NCBI RefSeq assembly: GCF_055900595.2
Contig: NZ_CM148325.1
Strand: one strand, 5' to 3'
Length of the DNA: 64,000 bases
Position numbers and translations under genes: made by a program. The notes under the pieces were generated by a model, which had not been told where the DNA came from, did not search any database, and saw only the letters and a program-made list of their open reading frames with translations. Positions 9,891-22,000 of this stretch are shown one piece after another (position 1 is the stretch's first letter; the number at the start of each line of letters is the position of its first letter).

Positions 9891-11657
9891 TTATTCCGTG
9901 ACTTCCAGCGTGGTGAAGGCAAACTTCTCGCCATCAAACAGCCCCTGACTGGTTAGTTTCAGCGCGGGGATCACTGGCAGGGAAAGAAACGCCATCTGAA
10001 TAAACGGCTCATCCGGTAACGGACCACATTCACGGGCGGCGGCTTTCAAGGCGTCAATTTGCTCCGCCAGTGACTGCGCCGTGTCGGTGCTCATTAGCCC
10101 GGCAATGGGCAACGGCAGATGACTTTGTACCTGGCCGTTACGTACTACGCATAGTCCGCCGCCATCCTGAATCACCTGATTGACCGCCAGCGCCATCTCT
10201 TCGGCACTACGACCGATCACCACAATATTATGGCTGTCATGGCTGACCGTCGCAGCCAGCGCGCCTTCATTCAGGCCAAAACCGCCGAGCAAACCACAGG
10301 CTGGAGCCAGTCTTTTCCCGTAACGCTCAAGTACGGCAATAAAGCACACATCATCGCGATCAAAACCATTTTCGCTGTAGACGCTAGAGCGGGAGTGCGT
10401 AATCAATTCGTTATGGATGACGTCAATGACCCGATAGCGTTTTCCAGGCGTAAATTGCAGGGCAAAGTCGCTGGCGGAAACTGGCTGGCGGGCAATGGTA
10501 TTGCCATACGGCGGAGCGGATTGTGCCAGTCTCGCTGACTCTTCCGCTTGTAAGGTTTGTGCATCAATCGGTTCGCCTTTCACCAGTACCTGCTGCACCG
10601 TGACCTTACGCGCATCGCTCAACAGGACGATATCCGCCTGCTTGCCGGGTGCCAGTAAGCCGAGATGATTCAGACCAAAATGGCGTGCTGTCGACCAGCT
10701 GGCGACGCGATATGCCACATGCAGCGGCACATTGTGTTGTTCGATCAGGCGACGAATTAAGGCATCGATATGTCCTTCATGGGCGATCTCCCACGGGTTA
10801 CGGTCATCGGTGCAGAGCATACATTGCGGGCTGTTAAATTCGTTGATCAACGGTGCCAGCGCGTTGAGATTGCGGGCAGCGGACCCTTCGCGGATCATCA
10901 ACGACATGCCGAGTTGTAACTTCCGGCGACCTTCTTCCAGCAGATAACTTTCGTGGCAGTTTTCAATACCCGCAGCAATATAGGCATTAAGTTCTTTACC
11001 GCCCAAACCCGGGCAGTGACCGTCCAGCGTCAGGTGGCGAAATGCGTCCAGTTTATCGAGCAGCGCATTCTGTCCGCTAATTACGCCAGGGTAATCCATC
11101 ATTTCAGCAAGGCCGGTAACCTGCGGATGGTCACGCCAGGCGAGCATCTGTTCAAGTGTAAAACTGGCACCGTTAACATCGCAGCCTTCCAGGGCAGGTA
11201 CGCAAGAACTGACCTGCAAATACTGGTTTTGCCTTGCCTGTTCGGCACAGCGGGCAAACCAGGCGAATCCGGCTTCGCCCATCACGTTGACGATTTCATG
11301 GGGGTCGCAAATAACGGTCGTCAGGCCGCGCGGCAGGGTGGCGGTTTCAAAAGTAACCGGCGTCATCATGCTGGATTCAATATGCAGGTGAGCATCAATA
11401 AACCCTGGCACCGCCGTTGCGCCGCGCGCATCAATCCGCTGCAAAGCCGGAGCGTCAGCATATTCTGCGCCAACACCGGCAATGTAACGTCCTTTAATCA
11501 CAATTGGTCCGGAAATTTCTCCGCCATTGATCAGATCGAGAATAGAGACATTATCAATAATATAATCGGCAACAGCGTCGCCACGGGAAACGGCTAACAA
11601 TTCCTGGTATTCAACCCGGCTAATGTGATGAAATTTATGGTTAATGGAATTATTCAT
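9891..11657 (-). CDS. ade: Adenine deaminase, 588 aa
   Basis: Metal-dependent amidohydrolase-type translation of correct size; convergent with uhpT. Confidence 0.9.
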   Translation of the reverse strand: MNNSINHKFHHISRVEYQELLAVSRGDAVADYIIDNVSILDLINGGEISGPIVIKGRYIAGVGAEYADAPALQRIDARGATAVPGFIDAHLHIESSMMTPVTFETATLPRGLTTVICDPHEIVNVMGEAGFAWFARCAEQARQNQYLQVSSCVPALEGCDVNGASFTLEQMLAWRDHPQVTGLAEMMDYPGVISGQNALLDKLDAFRHLTLDGHCPGLGGKELNAYIAAGIENCHESYLLEEGRRKLQLGMSLMIREGSAARNLNALAPLINEFNSPQCMLCTDDRNPWEIAHEGHIDALIRRLIEQHNVPLHVAYRVASWSTARHFGLNHLGLLAPGKQADIVLLSDARKVTVQQVLVKGEPIDAQTLQAEESARLAQSAPPYGNTIARQPVSASDFALQFTPGKRYRVIDVIHNELITHSRSSVYSENGFDRDDVCFIAVLERYGKRLAPACGLLGGFGLNEGALAATVSHDSHNIVVIGRSAEEMALAVNQVIQDGGGLCVVRNGQVQSHLPLPIAGLMSTDTAQSLAEQIDALKAAARECGPLPDEPFIQMAFLSLPVIPALKLTSQGLFDGEKFAFTTLEVTE

Positions 11658-11831
11658 ATTTTTCTCATTTTGATTTTATCAATTTGATTATTATTTATCA
11701 TAAAGAAACGTCGCGAGATTATTAAAGAATATCCATTAATGTGCAATTGAAATGTGATAATTATCACTGAACCGTTGTTGTCATTTGTTTTACAAAAGCA
11801 AGGGATTAAATCTCCTCCAATGGACAAAAAA

Positions 11832-13166
11832 ATGAATAATGACAATACCGATTACGTGAGTAATGAATCAGGGACGCTTTCGCGATTATTTAAACTACCT
11901 CAGCATGGGACCACCGTCCGCACAGAATTGATTGCGGGGATGACCACTTTTTTAACCATGGTGTACATCGTTTTTGTGAACCCGCAAATCCTCGGCGCGG
12001 CACAAATGGACCCGAAAGTGGTGTTTGTTACCACCTGTTTGATTGCCGGTATCGGCAGTATTGCGATGGGGATATTTGCTAACTTACCCGTGGCGCTGGC
12101 TCCGGCAATGGGACTGAACGCCTTCTTTGCGTTCGTGGTCGTGGGGGCGATGGGTATCTCCTGGCAGACCGGGATGGGCGCAATATTCTGGGGCGCAATT
12201 GGGCTATTTTTGCTCACGCTGTTTCGCATCCGGTACTGGATGATCTCCAACATTCCATTAAGTTTACGTATTGGTATCACTAGCGGAATCGGATTATTTA
12301 TCGCCTTAATGGGGTTAAAAAATACTGGTGTTATTGTCGCCAATAAAGACACCCTGGTGATGATTGGTGATTTAAGTTCTCACGGTGTGTTGTTAGGTAT
12401 ATTAGGGTTTTTTATTATAACCGTGTTGTCATCTCGTCATTTTCATGCCGCGGTGCTGGTCTCTATTGTGGTGACGTCTTGCTGTGGATTATTTTTCGGT
12501 GATGTTCATTTTAGCGGCGTCTATTCCATTCCGCCTGATATTAGCGGCGTCATTGGTGAAGTGGATTTGAGTGGCGCATTATCACTTGAACTCGCCGGTA
12601 TCATTTTCTCCTTTATGCTGATCAACCTATTTGATTCATCAGGAACATTAATCGGTGTGACTGATAAAGCTGGCTTAATAGATAGTAACGGTAAATTCCC
12701 TAATATGAATAAGGCGCTGTATGTTGATAGCGTCAGTTCGGTGGCGGGCGCGTTTATCGGCACCTCGTCTGTTACCGCCTATATTGAAAGTACTTCTGGT
12801 GTGGCAGTTGGTGGTCGAACGGGGCTGACTGCGGTCGTGGTCGGCATTATGTTTCTGTTGGTTATGTTTTTCTCGCCGCTGGTGGCAATGGTCCCTCCTT
12901 ACGCCACCGCCGGAGCGTTAATCTTTGTTGGCGTGCTGATGACCTCAAGCCTGGCGCGCGTTAACTGGGATGATTTTACCGAATCAGTACCTGCATTTAT
13001 TACTACGGTGATGATGCCCTTTACTTTCTCGATCACCGAAGGGATTGCGCTTGGCTTTATGTCGTACTGCATCATGAAGGTGTGCACCGGGCGCTGGCGC
13101 GATCTGAACCTGTGTGTGGTGGTGGTTGCAGCTCTGTTTGCTCTGAAGATTATTTTGGTGGATTAG
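11832..13166 (+). CDS. adeQ: Adenine permease (NCS2/AzgA family), 444 aa
   Basis: Multi-pass permease divergent from ade; start chosen at MNNDNTDYV (alternative ATG at 11820). Confidence 0.85.
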   Translation: MNNDNTDYVSNESGTLSRLFKLPQHGTTVRTELIAGMTTFLTMVYIVFVNPQILGAAQMDPKVVFVTTCLIAGIGSIAMGIFANLPVALAPAMGLNAFFAFVVVGAMGISWQTGMGAIFWGAIGLFLLTLFRIRYWMISNIPLSLRIGITSGIGLFIALMGLKNTGVIVANKDTLVMIGDLSSHGVLLGILGFFIITVLSSRHFHAAVLVSIVVTSCCGLFFGDVHFSGVYSIPPDISGVIGEVDLSGALSLELAGIIFSFMLINLFDSSGTLIGVTDKAGLIDSNGKFPNMNKALYVDSVSSVAGAFIGTSSVTAYIESTSGVAVGGRTGLTAVVVGIMFLLVMFFSPLVAMVPPYATAGALIFVGVLMTSSLARVNWDDFTESVPAFITTVMMPFTFSITEGIALGFMSYCIMKVCTGRWRDLNLCVVVVAALFALKIILVD

Positions 13167-13218
13167 TAACTGGCGAGGGTTTCCAGATATCATGAGTTCT
13201 GATTACGCAGGAGAACTC

Positions 13219-13671
13219 ATGATCTGGATAATGCTCGCTACGCTGGCGGTGGTGTTTGTAATTGGTTTTCGGGTGCTGACATCCGGGGCCAGAAAGGCGA
13301 TTCGCCGTCTCAGCGATCGGCTGAATATTGATGTCGTACCCGTGGAGTCGATGGTTGATCAAATGGGAAAGTCAGCCGGTGAGGAATTTTTACGTTATTT
13401 GCATCGCCCGGATGAGTCGCACCTGCAAAACGCCGCGCAGGTGTTGCTCATCTGGCAAATTGTCATTGTCGATGGAAGCGAACAGAACCTGCTGCAATGG
13501 CATCGGATTTTACAAAAAGCCCGTCTTGCCGCGCCGATTACCGATGCTCAGGTCAGGCTGGCGCTGGGTTTTCTGCGCGAAACCGAACCTGAAATGCAGG
13601 ATATTAATGCTTTTCAGATGCGCTATAACGCATTCTTTCAGCCTGCTGAGGGCGTTCACTGGCTGCATTAA
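13219..13671 (+). CDS. yicN: Conserved protein YicN, about 150 aa
   Basis: Small ORF with a single N-terminal hydrophobic segment, in the expected position after adeQ. Confidence 0.7.
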   Translation: MIWIMLATLAVVFVIGFRVLTSGARKAIRRLSDRLNIDVVPVESMVDQMGKSAGEEFLRYLHRPDESHLQNAAQVLLIWQIVIVDGSEQNLLQWHRILQKARLAAPITDAQVRLALGFLRETEPEMQDINAFQMRYNAFFQPAEGVHWLH

Positions 13672-13716
13672 AACCGTTTCGTCTTATTAGCCTACAGACC
13701 GCGCCTGAGCTGGTGG

Positions 13717-13746
13717 GTGGATAAGGCGTGCACGCCGCATCCGGCA
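13717..13746. repeat. REP-like palindromic element
   Basis: GGATAAGGCGTGCACGCCGCATCCGGCA resembles the enterobacterial REP consensus. Confidence 0.5.
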
Positions 13747-13786
13747 TCGGAACTGACAGTAGGTGAACGCATTATCTACGTTCTAT

Positions 13787-14110
13787 TTACAGCAGCACCT
13801 CCAGCCCGTGTTTTTGCACAATGCTGAGCAGTTTTAATGAAATGCCATTGGGGCGTTTAGCGCCACTTTCCCATTTTTGTACAGTTGAAACGCTGGTATT
13901 GAGATAGTGAGCGAAGACGGGCTGACTCACTTTTAATTTTTCCCGCAGTGCTTTTATCTCAACAGGTTGTAAGTCTTGCACGCTGGTCAGGCAGGCTTTG
14001 TCAAAAGTACGCATCGTTTCGGCAGAAATAGCATCGACGCTGGACAATCCAGCAGCTGCGCTGTGAATAGCCTCAAATGCAGGACTTTTAAATTTAGTTT
14101 TTGCAGTCAT
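13787..14110 (-). CDS. XRE-family HTH protein, putative antitoxin (HigA-like), 107 aa
   Basis: C-terminal HTH-like segment (VSQPVFAHYLNTSVSTVQKWESG); overlaps the upstream toxin-like ORF by 17 nt. Confidence 0.7.
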   Translation of the reverse strand: MTAKTKFKSPAFEAIHSAAAGLSSVDAISAETMRTFDKACLTSVQDLQPVEIKALREKLKVSQPVFAHYLNTSVSTVQKWESGAKRPNGISLKLLSIVQKHGLEVLL

Positions 14111-14453
14111 AGCAGATCTCTGTCAGTTCTTTAGTGTTAATCATTGCTGTTAGTTGGGCTTTCGTCAGGAAGGCATAATGCTTTGCAAGTTCACGAAACC
14201 CAGCCAGTTCCTGACTATTGATGTTCGACATATCCTGTTTTGCATATAAAAACGTGTAAAACCAATTGCTTCCCCCTTTTGCCAGAATAATTGCACGCTC
14301 ACGATTTTGGTGAAGGCGCTTTTTAAAAACGCCACCACCAAGTGCATCAGCTTTACCTTGCTCCGTTTCTAAAATGGCCCGGCACAACTCTTCATCTGTT
14401 ATTGCATGAGACCTGGCTTCCCTTGCAAACCATTTGGTTTTAAACACGCGCAT
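14094..14453 (-). CDS. RelE/ParE-superfamily toxin-like protein, 119 aa
   Basis: Small basic protein (MRVFKTKWFAREAR...) upstream of and overlapping the HTH partner; toxin-first order as in HigBA modules. Confidence 0.65.
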   Translation of the reverse strand: MRVFKTKWFAREARSHAITDEELCRAILETEQGKADALGGGVFKKRLHQNRERAIILAKGGSNWFYTFLYAKQDMSNINSQELAGFRELAKHYAFLTKAQLTAMINTKELTEICYDCKN

Positions 14454-14680
14454 ATCGTTGAGGTCCTGTTATTAAAGTATATCACCAAGTGCAATACTTT
14501 ATCTCTTATTCCCAACCCAATCGCGAAAATGCATATCAGCTTGCCCTATGATTTTTATTTCTTCGAGCAGCCTCGAACTTTTCCCACAACACCGTAAAAG
14601 TTGCAAAAACGTTAAATGTGTCACACATTTCAATGTTAAAGTGGTCAGCTTTTCCTCTGAAACATGCCACGGGTAACACC

Positions 14681-15865
14681 ATGAGTGAATTTATTGCCGA
14701 AAACCGCGGCGCGGATGCCATCATCCGACCGAACTGGTCCGCCGTTTTCTCGGTAGCGTTTTGCGTCGCCTGCCTGATTATCGTTGAGTTTTTGCCCGTC
14801 AGTTTGTTGACGCCAATGGCCCAGGATTTAGGTATTTCGGAAGGGGTTGCCGGGCAATCGGTGACCGTGACCGCCTTTGTGGCAATGTTTGCCAGTTTGT
14901 TTATTACCCAGACAATTCAGGCCACTGACCGCCGCTACGTTGTTATTTTGTTTGCCGTTTTGCTGACGCTCTCCTGCTTGCTGGTTTCCTTTGCCAACTC
15001 ATTCAGTTTGCTTTTAATCGGTCGTGCCTGTCTGGGGTTGGCACTCGGCGGGTTCTGGGCGATGTCGGCGTCGCTGACCATGCGTCTGGTACCAGCGCGT
15101 ACGGTGCCGAAGGCGCTGTCGGTGATTTTCGGCGCGGTTTCTATTGCGCTGGTGATAGCCGCGCCGTTGGGTAGCTTTTTAGGTGAGCTTATCGGTTGGC
15201 GCAATGTCTTTAATGCGGCGGCGGTGATGGGCGTGCTGTGTATTATCTGGATTATCAAATCATTGCCTTCGCTGCCTGGCGAACCCTCGCATCAGAAGCA
15301 AAATACTTTCCGCTTATTACAGCGTCCGGGCGTGATGGCCGGGATGATCGCCATCTTCATGTCTTTCGCCGGGCAGTTTGCTTTCTTCACGTATATTCGT
15401 CCAGTGTATATGAATCTCGCAGGATTCGGCGTGGATGGCTTAACGCTGGTGCTGTTGAGTTTTGGTATCGCCAGCTTTATCGGCACGTCGCTTTCGTCGT
15501 TCATTCTTAAACATTCGGTAAAACTGGCCTTAGCAGGTGCGCCGTTAATACTGGCTCTGAGTGCGTTGGTGCTGACGTTGTGGGGAAGCGATAAAATCGT
15601 GGCGACCGGCGTTGCGATTATCTGGGGGCTGACTTTTGCTTTAATTCCCGTTGGCTGGTCAACGTGGATCACTCGCTCACTGGCCGATCAGGCAGAAAAG
15701 GCTGGGTCTATTCAGGTGGCCGTTATTCAGCTTGCCAATACCTGCGGTGCGGCAATCGGCGGTTATGCGTTGGATAACATTGGTCTGACTTCGCCGCTGA
15801 TGTTGTCCGGCACATTGATGTTGCTTACCGCGCTGTTAGTCACCGCAAAGGTGAAAATGAAGTAA
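14681..15865 (+). CDS. nepI: MFS purine ribonucleoside efflux pump NepI, about 394 aa
   Basis: 12-TMS MFS translation; start chosen at [10 protein letters not shown]. Confidence 0.85.
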   Translation: MSEFIAENRGADAIIRPNWSAVFSVAFCVACLIIVEFLPVSLLTPMAQDLGISEGVAGQSVTVTAFVAMFASLFITQTIQATDRRYVVILFAVLLTLSCLLVSFANSFSLLLIGRACLGLALGGFWAMSASLTMRLVPARTVPKALSVIFGAVSIALVIAAPLGSFLGELIGWRNVFNAAAVMGVLCIIWIIKSLPSLPGEPSHQKQNTFRLLQRPGVMAGMIAIFMSFAGQFAFFTYIRPVYMNLAGFGVDGLTLVLLSFGIASFIGTSLSSFILKHSVKLALAGAPLILALSALVLTLWGSDKIVATGVAIIWGLTFALIPVGWSTWITRSLADQAEKAGSIQVAVIQLANTCGAAIGGYALDNIGLTSPLMLSGTLMLLTALLVTAKVKMK

Positions 15866-16066
15866 CGTATTTACAGGAGGGGTTACTGCTGTGGTGGGAA
15901 CACTCTCCTGTTCTTCCCCTGATAACCATTGATCAGGCATTGTTCTTATCTTGTTGTTATTTCCATTCTTCCGCCTGTATTCATCATTTGCTAATCATGA
16001 ATCATCATTTTCCCTCATGTTAAAGAAAGGTCATTTAATCTGAACGCATAGCGGCAGGGATGACAA

Positions 16067-19000
16067 ATGACAGGGAAAGCGCATGGGAACGGTAATCGTT
16101 GGGGCGATAACAGCGTATGTGGATTGGGGGATCGTTTACGTCGTCTGACCGCCGGTCTTTGCCTGATAACGCAAACTATTTTCCCTGTTATAGCTGCTGC
16201 TCCTACGCATGTTAACCCTGCGCATTCGGATACTGCCGCGTCACTGATCCTGTCGAACGTTAAAACTATTCCATACACCTTGGGGGCGTTGGAATCGCCA
16301 CCAACGGTCGCGGCACGCTTTGGTATTACCGTTGATGAATTACGTCGCCTGAATCAGTTCCGTACATTTGCGCGGGGCTTTGACAATGTGCGTCAGGGCG
16401 ATGAGATAGATGTACCACTCATCAACAGTAACAGCCCTGAAGCGCGCACTCTGAAAGCAATGCAGATGGAGCGCGACGGTAAAGATCCACAAATGCAGGT
16501 CGCGGAAGTGGCGCAACAAAGTGGGACACTTTTAGCGCGCGATATGGACAGCGAACAGGCTGCGAGTATGGCGCGTGGCTGGGTGGCTTCTTCTGTGTCT
16601 GCGCAGGCGACAGACTGGCTCAGCCGCTGGGGAACTGCCCGGGTATCTCTGGGTGTTGATGAAGATTTCAGCCTTAAAAGCTCTTCATTTGAATTTCTCC
16701 ATCCCTGGTACGAAACGCCAGATAACCTGGTCTTCAGCCAGCATGCACTCCACCGTACGGATGATCGCACTCAAACGAACCACGGTATCGGCTGGCGTTA
16801 TTTCACATCGAGCTGGATGTCGGGCATAAACCTGTTTATCGATCATGACCTGAGCCGCTATCACACCCGAACCGGGATGGGCGTTGAATACTGGCGCGAT
16901 TACCTGAAACTGAGCGGCAACGGTTATCTGCGCCTCAGTAACTGGCGTAGTGCACCGGAACTCGACAATGACTATGAAGCACGTCCGGCGAACGGGTGGG
17001 ATCTTCGCGCCGAAGGCTGGTTACCGGCCTGGCCGCAGCTGGGCGGCAAGTTGGTCTATGAACAATATTATGGCGATGAAGTGGCGCTGTTTGGTAAAGA
17101 CGAGCGACAAAATGATCCTCACGCGATTACCGCAGGTTTGAGTTACACCCCCGTTCCCCTGATCTCCTTTAGTGCCGAGCAACGGCAGGGCAAACAGGGA
17201 GAAAACGACACCCGAATTGGTATGGAGTTGACGTTGCAACCCGGTCATTCACTGCAAAAACAGCTCGATCCGGCTGAAGTTGCAGCACGACGCAGCCTTG
17301 CGGGCAGTCGCTATGACCTGGTCGATCGTAATAACAATATTGTCCTCGAATATCGCAAGAAAGAGCTGGTGCGGTTGACGCTGACCGATCCGCTGAAAGG
17401 CAAGCCGGGGGAGGTTAAATCGCTGGTTTCTTCCTTACAAACCAAATACGCGCTGAAAGGTTATGACATCGAAGCCGCTTCCTTGCAATCTGCGGGCGGG
17501 AAAGTTGCTGTTTCCGGCAAGGATATTCAGGTCACTATTCCACCCTACCGATTTACGGTAATGCCTGAAACCGACAACACTTACCCAATAACAGTTATAG
17601 CGGAAGATTCGAAAGGGAATTTCTCCCGGCGTGAAGAAAGTATGGTGGTTGTAGAAAAACCCACACTAAGCCTCGCTGATTCAACGCTTTCTGTCGATCT
17701 ACAAATTCTGCTTGCGGATGGAAAATCAATCTCAACGCTGACCTATACCGCGCGAGATTCCAGCGGCAAGCCTATCCCGGGTATGACATTAAAAACCCAT
17801 GCGAAAGGTTTGCAAGATTTCGCCCTAAGCGAATGGAAAGACAACGGTAACGGAACCTATACCCAGTTAGTTACCTCCGGGAAGACGTCAGGCGCGTTGT
17901 CGCTGATGCCACAATTTAACGGCGACGATGTTGCTAAAACACCAGCGCTGATTGCCATTGTGGCTAATATGGCATCCCGAGCGGACTCCATGATTGAAAC
18001 AGACCAGAATAATTACGTCGCGGGTAAGCCGATAGGCGTAAAAGTGACCCTGAAAGATGAGAATGGCAACGGGGTTACCGGAAGAAAAGAACTTCTTAAA
18101 CAGGCTGTTAAAGTAGACAACACGAAGACTGATGCTGTTAGTGCCTGGACGGAAGAAAGTGAGGGAGTTTACAAAGCAAACTATACGGCCCATCTCATTG
18201 GCGACAAATTAACGGCCCAGCTGACGATGCCCGGCTGGCAAACCAAGCATTCGGATGCGTTCAGTATTGCGGGTGATAAAGATACCGCCAAAATCGCTGC
18301 GATGCAGATCACCGCGAATAACGCAGTCGCCAGACGCGATCACAATACCGTCGCTGTGACGGTCAGGGACGTGCATCAAAATTTACTGCAGGGACAAAAT
18401 GTTACCTTCACGGTCGTGAATGGTGCGGCGGTTTTTGCCGATCCAAATGGCGGTATTGTGACGACAGATAAAGACGGGATTGCCAGCGTTAACCTTGCCA
18501 GTGACCAGGCGGTAAACAGTCTTATCAAGGCCGAGATCAATGGCAGTAGTCAGTCTGTGGAAGTGAGCTTTATCACTGGCGATATCTCGCAGCTAACCTC
18601 CACCATCAAGACGGACGATGTGTCATACACCGCGGGTGGCAAGATAAAAGTGACAGTCACCCTTATGGATGAGCAGAAAAACCGGGTGACAGGGATGGCT
18701 TCGCTGCTGGCAGGTAGCGGCGTGGTCGAGGTGAGCGGTACAGATACAAATGAAACGGGTAACTGGAGCGAAGAGTCTGATGGCGTTTACACCACCACCC
18801 GAACCGCGAAGATTGCTGGCAATAGCCATTACGCCACGCTGAAACTATCGACATGGAGTAGCGTGCAGCAATCCGATGCGTATGTCATCCGCGAAAGCGG
18901 AGCTGTGCTGGCTTATTCCTCTATCGTTACCGACAAAACGACCTATACCGCAGGCGGTGCGATTAAAGTTACGGTAACGCTCAAGGATAGCTATGAAAAC

Positions 19001-22000
19001 CTGGTCGGGGGGCAACGAGACGCTATCAGCCAGGCTATCCAGCTGCCAAATACAAAAGCGGAAAGCATTACCTGGAATGAAGATCAAAAAGGCATTTATA
19101 CCGCAACGTATACCGCTTTACTTCCTGGCACCGGTTTAAAAGCACAGCTACAGATGTCCGGCTGGGCGAGCGCCCTGACTTCAAATGTTTACAGTATTAG
19201 TGGCGATGCCGCCAGCGCACAAATCGTCGCGATGCAAGTGACAACGGGTAGCCTGGATGTGCTGGCCAATGGTAGCGATCAACATACGGTGAATGTTCGG
19301 GTGGAAGATCAGTTTGGCAATGTGCTGCCAGAGCAGACCGTCACCTTTACGGTGACGAAGGGGGCGGCTGTATTTGCCAATGCAGGGCAGAGTGCAGACA
19401 TCAGGACGGATGTGCATGGCATGGCAGAGGTTGATCTGAGCAGTACCGTAGCGGATGCCAGCACTGTTGAGGCTAAGGTCAATCAAAGCAGCGATAGTAA
19501 AACGGTGAACTTCGTTGCTGATGTCAGCACGGCGCGTATTGCTGATCTGGGGGTAACGCAGGATAACGCGGTGGCAGACGGCGCGACAGAGAACATGCTG
19601 TGGGTGAAAGTCACCGACGCGTTTGGCAATGCGCTGGGCGGACAGACGGTCAGCGTCTCAGCGGACAACGGGACAGCGGTTGCCGCGACGGTTATCACCG
19701 GGCCGGACGGCACGGCGATAATCACCGTCACCAGCCAGATCGCCGGAGCCAGTACGGTCACTGCCAGCATCAACAACAGCAGTCTGAGTCAGAATGTGAC
19801 ATTTATCCCCGATATCAGCACCGCGAAGATCGCGGATCTGGTGGTCATTAAGGACGGCTCAGTGGCAGACGGTTCGACGGCGAACACGCTGCGGGTGAAA
19901 GTCACCGACGCGTTCGGCAATGCGCTGGCCGGACAGACGGTCAGCGTCTCAGCGGACAACGGGGCAGCGGTTGCCGCGACGGTTATCACCGGGCCGGACG
20001 GCACTGTGGAAACCTCCGTCACCAGCCAGACGGCGGGCATCAGTACGGTCACTGCCAGCATCAACAACAGCAGTCTGAGTCAGAATGTGACATTTATCCC
20101 GGATGTCAGCACCGCGAAGATCGCGGATCTGGTGGTCATTAAGGACGGCTCAGTGGCAGACGGTTCGACGGCGAACACGCTGCGGGTGAAAGTCACCGAC
20201 GCGTTCGGCAATGCGCTGGCCGGACAGACGGTCAGCGTCTCAGCGGACAACGGGGCAGCGGTTGCCGCGACGGTTATCACCGGGCCGGACGGCACCGTGG
20301 AAATCTCCGTCACCAGCCAGACGGCGGGCATCAGTACAGTTACCGCAACCATCAACAACAGCACTCTGAGCCAGAACGTGACGTTTATTGCTGATGTCAG
20401 CACGGCGAAGATCGCGGTGCTGGAAGTGACGCAGGATTACGCCGTGGCAGATGGTTCGACGGCGAACACGCTGCGGGCGAGGGTGACCGATGCGTTCGGT
20501 AATACGCTTGCCGGGCAGACGGTCAGCGTGTTGGCGGATAACGGCGCAACGGTCGCTCCGACTGTCATCACAGGGCAGGACGGCACGGTGGAAATCAGTG
20601 TCACCAGCCAGACGGCGGGCAGCAGTGCGGTCACCGCCAGTATCAACAGCAGCAGTCAGAGCCGGGACGTGACGTTTATCGCGGATGTCAGGACGGCGAA
20701 GATCGCTGATCTGGTGGTCACCCGGGATAACTCAGTGGCTGACGGCGCAATGGCGAACACGCTGCGGGTGAGGGTGACGGATGCGTTCGGTAATGTGCTT
20801 GCCGGGCAGACGGTCAGCGTGTTGGCAGGCAACGGTGCCACGACTGCTCCGACGGTCACCACGCAGCCGGACGGCACGGCGGAGATCTCTGTCACCAGCC
20901 AGACCGCCGGAATCAGTGCGGTCACTGCCAGCATTAACAGCAGCAGCCAGAGCCGGAACGTCACGTTTATCGCCGATGTCAGGACGGCGCAGATCGCGAG
21001 TCTGGAGGTGACGCAGGATAACGCCGTGGCTGACGGCGCAATGGCGAACACGCTGCGGGTGAGGGTGACGGATGCGTTCGGTAATGTGCTTGCCGGGCAG
21101 ACGGTCAGCGTGACGGCAGACAACAGCGCAACGGTCACTCCGACGGTCACCACACAGCCGGACGGCACGGCGGAGATCTCTGTCACCAGCCAGACCGCCG
21201 GAACCAGTGTGATCACCGCCAGCGTCAACAACAGCAGCCAGAGCCGGAACGTGACGTTTATTGCGGATGTCAGCACGGCGCAGATCGCGGATCTGGTGGT
21301 CACCCGGGATAACGCGGTGGCAGACGGCGCGACGGCGAACACGCTGCAGGTGAAGGTGACCGATGCGTTCGGGAATGCGCTGGGCGGACAGACGGTCAGC
21401 GTGACGGCAGGCAACGGCGCAACGGTTGCTCCGACGGTGATTACAGAGCCGGACGGCACGGTGGAGATCAGTGTCACCAGTCAGACGGCGGGAGCCAGTA
21501 CTGTCACTGCCAGCATCAACAGCAGCAGCCTGAGCCGGAACGTGACGTTTGTCGCGGATGTCAGGACGGTGAAGATAGCGGATCTGGTCGTTAGCCAGGA
21601 TAACGCGGTGGCAGACGGCGCGACGGCGAACACGCTGCAGGTGAAGGTGACCGATGCGTTCGGGAATGCGCTGGGCGGACAGACGGTCAGCGTGACGGCA
21701 GGCAACGGCGCAACGGTTGCTCCGACGGTGATTACAGAGCCGGACGGCACGGTGGAGATCAGTGTCACCAGTCAGACGGCGGGAGCCAGTACTGTCACTG
21801 TCAGCATCAACAGCAGTACCGCGAGCCGGAACGTCACGTTTATCGCCGATGTCAGCACGGCGCAGATCGCGAGTCTGGAGGTGACGCAGGATAACTCAGT
21901 GGCTGACGGCGCAATGGCGAACACGCTGCGGGTGAAGGTCACCGATGCTAACGGGAATGCACTTGCCGGGCAGACGGTCAGCGTCTCAGCGGACAACGGG

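Noticed and set aside
10953-11597. 214-aa plus-strand ORF inside ade
   Set aside because: Antisense to adenine deaminase; no motifs and no ribosome-binding site.
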